Below, piece after piece: positions 60,644 through 64,000 of a DNA stretch of 64,000 nt. The stretch covers positions 33,290 to 97,289 of the forward strand of contig JAHFKN010000005.1 of the NCBI GenBank assembly GCA_023245355.1, in the 5' to 3' direction. The notes beneath the pieces are model-generated. The model was not told where the DNA came from. It was given only the letters and a program-made list of their open reading frames with translations, and made no database searches. The stretch is from Candidatus Gottesmanbacteria bacterium (GTDB lineage Bacteria > Patescibacteriota > Microgenomatia > UBA10105 > UBA927). Positions within the stretch are counted from its first letter, which is position 1, and the number at the start of each line of letters is the position of its first letter. A program made the position numbers and the translations under genes.

Positions 60644-62425
60644 TTATACTTCCAGCACCACCGGAACGATGAGCGGGCTTCTGCCTGTTTCCTTGAGGAG
60701 GTATTCCTTCAGCGATTCTTCTATGCGTTTCTTGACCATCTGCCAATCGGTTATTCTCCCCTTTTTGAGGGTAAGGGCGTGCTCAGCGACAGATGACGCC
60801 CGGTTGAGTAATTGCTGAGACCCTTTGGCATACACGAACCCGCGCGTAATAATCTCCGGCGGACTAATCATGCGGCCGTTTCTCCTGTCGACGGGAATGA
60901 CTACAACCACTATCCCCTCGTGGGCTATAACCTGCCGGTCCTTGAGTACCACGTTTCCGACATCACCGATACCTAACCCGTCGATCATAATATCTTCAAG
61001 CGGAACGCGGTCAACAATGCGGGGCGCTCCATGCTCACTGAACTCCATCACCTCACCGTCTTCGGGAATCAATACTTCCCGTTTGTCATATCCCAAATCA
61101 CCCGCGAGTCTGCGGTACTGCATGAGATGCTTATACGTGCCGCCGATCGGCCACACATATCTGGGTCCGACTGCCGACAACAAAAGCATCATGTCACCTG
61201 AACTTCCGTGTCCGGATACGTGAAGGTCTTCCATGATATCGCTGTAGGAAACCCGGGCTCCGTGCCGGTATATCTGATCGATCAGCTTATTGACGTCATT
61301 TTCCCGTCCCGGTATCGGATCGGCGGAAATAATGACCGTATCCGCATCGGTAAGCCGGACCATTTTATGCGCGTCACTGGCAATCCTGAAAAGATTGGAT
61401 GACGGCTGTCCCTGTGCGCCTGCCACGACAAGAAATTGTTTCTCTGCCGGCAGCCGCTTAAGATCGCGGTCATTGATAATGACGTCACGCGGAAACTTCA
61501 TGTATCCCAATTTCACCGATTCCTCGACGTTTTTGTCGATACTGCGCCCCAAGAAGGCAATTTTGCGGCCGTGTTTTTGTGCAAGTTCTATTGCCAGCTG
61601 TATACGGGAGATGTTACTCGACTGGGTCGTAAACAACACCTTTCCGTGGCTTAACCGCAGCTCTTTTTCTATCGTCTCGCCGATAATCTGCTCCGACGGG
61701 GTAAATCCCGGTCGCTCACTCCCCAGACAGTCGGAAAGCATACAAAGGACGCCCTTTTTCCCGACGGCGTTAATTTTGTGCAGTTCCGACGGCTTATTGT
61801 CGAGAGGAGTCGGATCAAACTTGAAATCACTCCCGTGATAAAAAATGCCGATAGGTGTTTCTATGACCAGATGCGATGTATCCGGCACGGAATGCGTGAG
61901 ACGGATAAACGACACCTTAAACGGCCCCGCTTCGACGTGTTTATCGAAACTCATGCCCTGTACGCGGTCCCGAATCGGCGTTTCTTTAAGCTTCAGGTTG
62001 GCAAATGCGGCAGCCAGGGTAGGCGCATACATCGGGATTTTCCCTAACTTCGGATAAATATACGGAAGTCCGCCGATATGGTCGTCGTGACCGTGTGTAA
62101 ATACGATCGCGCGTATTTTATCGCGCTTATCCATAAGATAGCGCACGTCCGGAATCACTAAATCGACACCGAACATTTCTTCATCGGGAAACCCGATACC
62201 GCAGTCCACAATCAGGATATCCCGGAGCTTTCCGTCGTACCTGTACTCATACAGGTACATGTTTTTGGTTACGTTACCGGCGCCGCCCATGGGGAAAATA
62301 CGTACCGTATCTTTCCCGGTGCTGCTGCCGAATGATCTCCCTTCAAACACTTGTTTGGCCTGCGGTTGCTGTCCGTGCTGGACATACCGTGTATGCAGGG
62401 GGGGATGTGTATATGTTCTTTTCAT
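60644..62425 (-). CDS. rnj: Ribonuclease J
   Basis: THGHDDHIG, HSVPD, DFKFD.TP, HVSGH. Confidence 0.95.
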   Translation of the reverse strand: MKRTYTHPPLHTRYVQHGQQPQAKQVFEGRSFGSSTGKDTVRIFPMGGAGNVTKNMYLYEYRYDGKLRDILIVDCGIGFPDEEMFGVDLVIPDVRYLMDKRDKIRAIVFTHGHDDHIGGLPYIYPKLGKIPMYAPTLAAAFANLKLKETPIRDRVQGMSFDKHVEAGPFKVSFIRLTHSVPDTSHLVIETPIGIFYHGSDFKFDPTPLDNKPSELHKINAVGKKGVLCMLSDCLGSERPGFTPSEQIIGETIEKELRLSHGKVLFTTQSSNISRIQLAIELAQKHGRKIAFLGRSIDKNVEESVKLGYMKFPRDVIINDRDLKRLPAEKQFLVVAGAQGQPSSNLFRIASDAHKMVRLTDADTVIISADPIPGRENDVNKLIDQIYRHGARVSYSDIMEDLHVSGHGSSGDMMLLLSAVGPRYVWPIGGTYKHLMQYRRLAGDLGYDKREVLIPEDGEVMEFSEHGAPRIVDRVPLEDIMIDGLGIGDVGNVVLKDRQVIAHEGIVVVVIPVDRRNGRMISPPEIITRGFVYAKGSQQLLNRASSVAEHALTLKKGRITDWQMVKKRIEESLKEYLLKETGRSPLIVPVVLEV

Positions 62426-62496
62426 ATGACTCTACTTTCTCTCTTTCGAGGCAGAAGTTTACCTGGTTTTTGGGGATGTAATAATCTCTCTGTTCT

Positions 62497-63597
62497 TTAG
62501 TAAACTTCTATAAAATTTTTGATATTTTCTTCCGTAATACGGAATGTTTTTGCCTTACCTTCCACAATGGACAGCGCGACTTTGCGGCATACACTGTTTA
62601 AGGTTCTTTCAATACTGCGGATACCGGCATCGTATCCTAAGGGCCGCACGAGCTTGGCCCACATACCTTCGTCTATCGTCAGATTTTCGCTTGTCAGTCC
62701 TGACTCCTTCATCAGGGCGGGCATCACGTAATCTTTCGCAATCCGTATCTTCTCCTCGTCCGTATAGGACGGCATCTGAATCGGTTCCAACCGGTCCAAT
62801 ACTGCTGTTGCGATATTGGTCGTGTTGTTGCTTGTTGCGATAAAAAGCACTTCGGACAAATCAAACGGATAGTCCATGTAATGATCGACAAACGCGGAAT
62901 TTTGTTCCGGGTCCAACAGCTCGACCAATACACCCATGATATCTCCGCGCGCATGCTCGGATACGCGGTCGATTTCATCAAGCAGGATAACCGGATTTTT
63001 GGTTCCTGCAAACCGGAGTCCCTTAAGAATCAATCCGATTTCCGCATCAGGACGCACCCGGGACTGACCGCGAAGCTCAAGCGCATCGGACATTCCTCCG
63101 AATGCGATACGCACAAATCTCCGTCCCATGGCCTGGGCGATCGATTTGGCGAGCGTCGTTTTTCCGGTACCGACCAATCCGACCAGACACAAAATCGGTG
63201 CCCGGCGCGCAAGCATCGCGTGGGTGGATTTCGCCTCTGTCTCACGCTTATCTGCTGCAACAGATTCCAGTTTCCACCGGTCCTGGTTTAATTTGATGAC
63301 AGCCAGATACTCCAGAATCCGCTCTTTGACGGGCTGTAATCCGTAATGATGGGTCTCAAGGATTTTACGGGCGTTGGCCAAATCGAGTTCATCGTTGCTT
63401 CGCTCGTTCCAGGGAAGGCTTACGACCCAGTCGATGTACCGGAGCATTTGTTCTATGTGAACGCGTGCGCTGATGTCATGTTCCAGCCGTTCAATTTCCT
63501 CGAGATTTGCGATAACCCGCGTTTCCATCTCGGGAGGAACATGCACCTCTTTCAATTTTTTACGGAGAATACCGACTTCATCGAGCAGTCTGGACAT
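62497..63597 (-). CDS. Lon-like AAA+ ATPase module without N-terminal or protease domains
   Basis: LPW, HYGL..VKERILEYLAV, GLVGTGKT, LLDEID, LLDPEQN..F.DHY. Confidence 0.88.
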   Translation of the reverse strand: MSRLLDEVGILRKKLKEVHVPPEMETRVIANLEEIERLEHDISARVHIEQMLRYIDWVVSLPWNERSNDELDLANARKILETHHYGLQPVKERILEYLAVIKLNQDRWKLESVAADKRETEAKSTHAMLARRAPILCLVGLVGTGKTTLAKSIAQAMGRRFVRIAFGGMSDALELRGQSRVRPDAEIGLILKGLRFAGTKNPVILLDEIDRVSEHARGDIMGVLVELLDPEQNSAFVDHYMDYPFDLSEVLFIATSNNTTNIATAVLDRLEPIQMPSYTDEEKIRIAKDYVMPALMKESGLTSENLTIDEGMWAKLVRPLGYDAGIRSIERTLNSVCRKVALSIVEGKAKTFRITEENIKNFIEVY

Positions 63598-63613
63598 GAT
63601 TCTATACTATCAC

Positions 63614-64000
63614 TTAAAACCGTCTTCGTCCCCGGTCAAATCCGCCCCGGCGTCCGCCGCCTCCATGACGGTCTCCGCCGCCTGATCCGCCCCGGGCATC
63701 CCGGCGCTCTGCGGATTTCTTTTCGGCATCTTCCCCAAACAGCATGGAGAGATTGATTCTGTGCATATCGTCGATCTCCATAACTCTCACTTTTACCTTC
63801 TGGCCGATCGTGACGAGTTTTGCCGGATCATCGACAAAATCCACGCTCATTTGAGACACATGAACCATGCCTTCTTTGCCGGGCAATATCTCGACAAACG
63901 CACCGAACGGAAGAATCCGTTTGACTTCGCCCTCAAACTCTTCCCCTGGTTCGACATCGTGGGTAAGTCCTTCGACCCATTCGACTGCTTTCTGGACGTT
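63614..64000 (-). CDS. pnp: Polynucleotide phosphorylase, C-terminal KH/S1 part (partial)
   Basis: FEGEVKRILPFGAFVEILPGKEGMVHVSQ S1 domain with Gly/Arg-rich tail; upstream of the rnj-ftsK block. Confidence 0.85.
   Translation of the reverse strand, partial: NVQKAVEWVEGLTHDVEPGEEFEGEVKRILPFGAFVEILPGKEGMVHVSQMSVDFVDDPAKLVTIGQKVKVRVMEIDDMHRINLSMLFGEDAEKKSAERRDARGGSGGGDRHGGGGRRGGFDRGRRRF

Noticed and set aside
1-64000. Alternative genetic code (UGA = Gly/Trp)
   Set aside because: Conserved genes translate full length in code 11 and several (e.g. rplP, alaS) end in TGA at expected positions

Overview
Chromosomal window from a bacterium using the standard code (TGA = stop). It is most consistent with a Patescibacteria/CPR genome, probably Microgenomates-like; this is inferred from the N-terminally short L2, divergent RpoB rifampicin pocket, short AlaS, AMP-phosphorylase-type enzyme, sortase and many orphan ORFs. 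Positions 1-21 kb carry the S10 ribosomal cluster, tuf, fusA, rpsG/rpsL and rpoBC on the minus strand. The str operon is split between rpsG and fusA by a ~4 kb block (DipZ-like protein, Cys-rich exported proteins, AlkA, orphans). Positions 21-64 kb hold housekeeping, envelope and accessory genes (hflX, beta-CASP nuclease, mltG, sortase, alaS, three EamA transporters, ftsK, rnj, a protease-less Lon-like ATPase, the 3' end of pnp). The strongest candidate for an undescribed system is an AT-rich ~5 kb island (~29.5-34.6 kb): a ParB-like protein, SNF2 helicase and DUF3883 nuclease operon converging on an N4/N6 DNA methyltransferase. Other notable signals are about 19 genes with a -10 hexamer only 6-10 nt before the start codon (leaderless-type mRNAs), a recurring promoter / short leader / intrinsic terminator layout ahead of rplC, fusA and rpoB, and several enzymes with altered catalytic motifs. 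No rRNA, tRNA, CRISPR array or integrase was seen. All family calls come from motif recognition by eye, without database searches.
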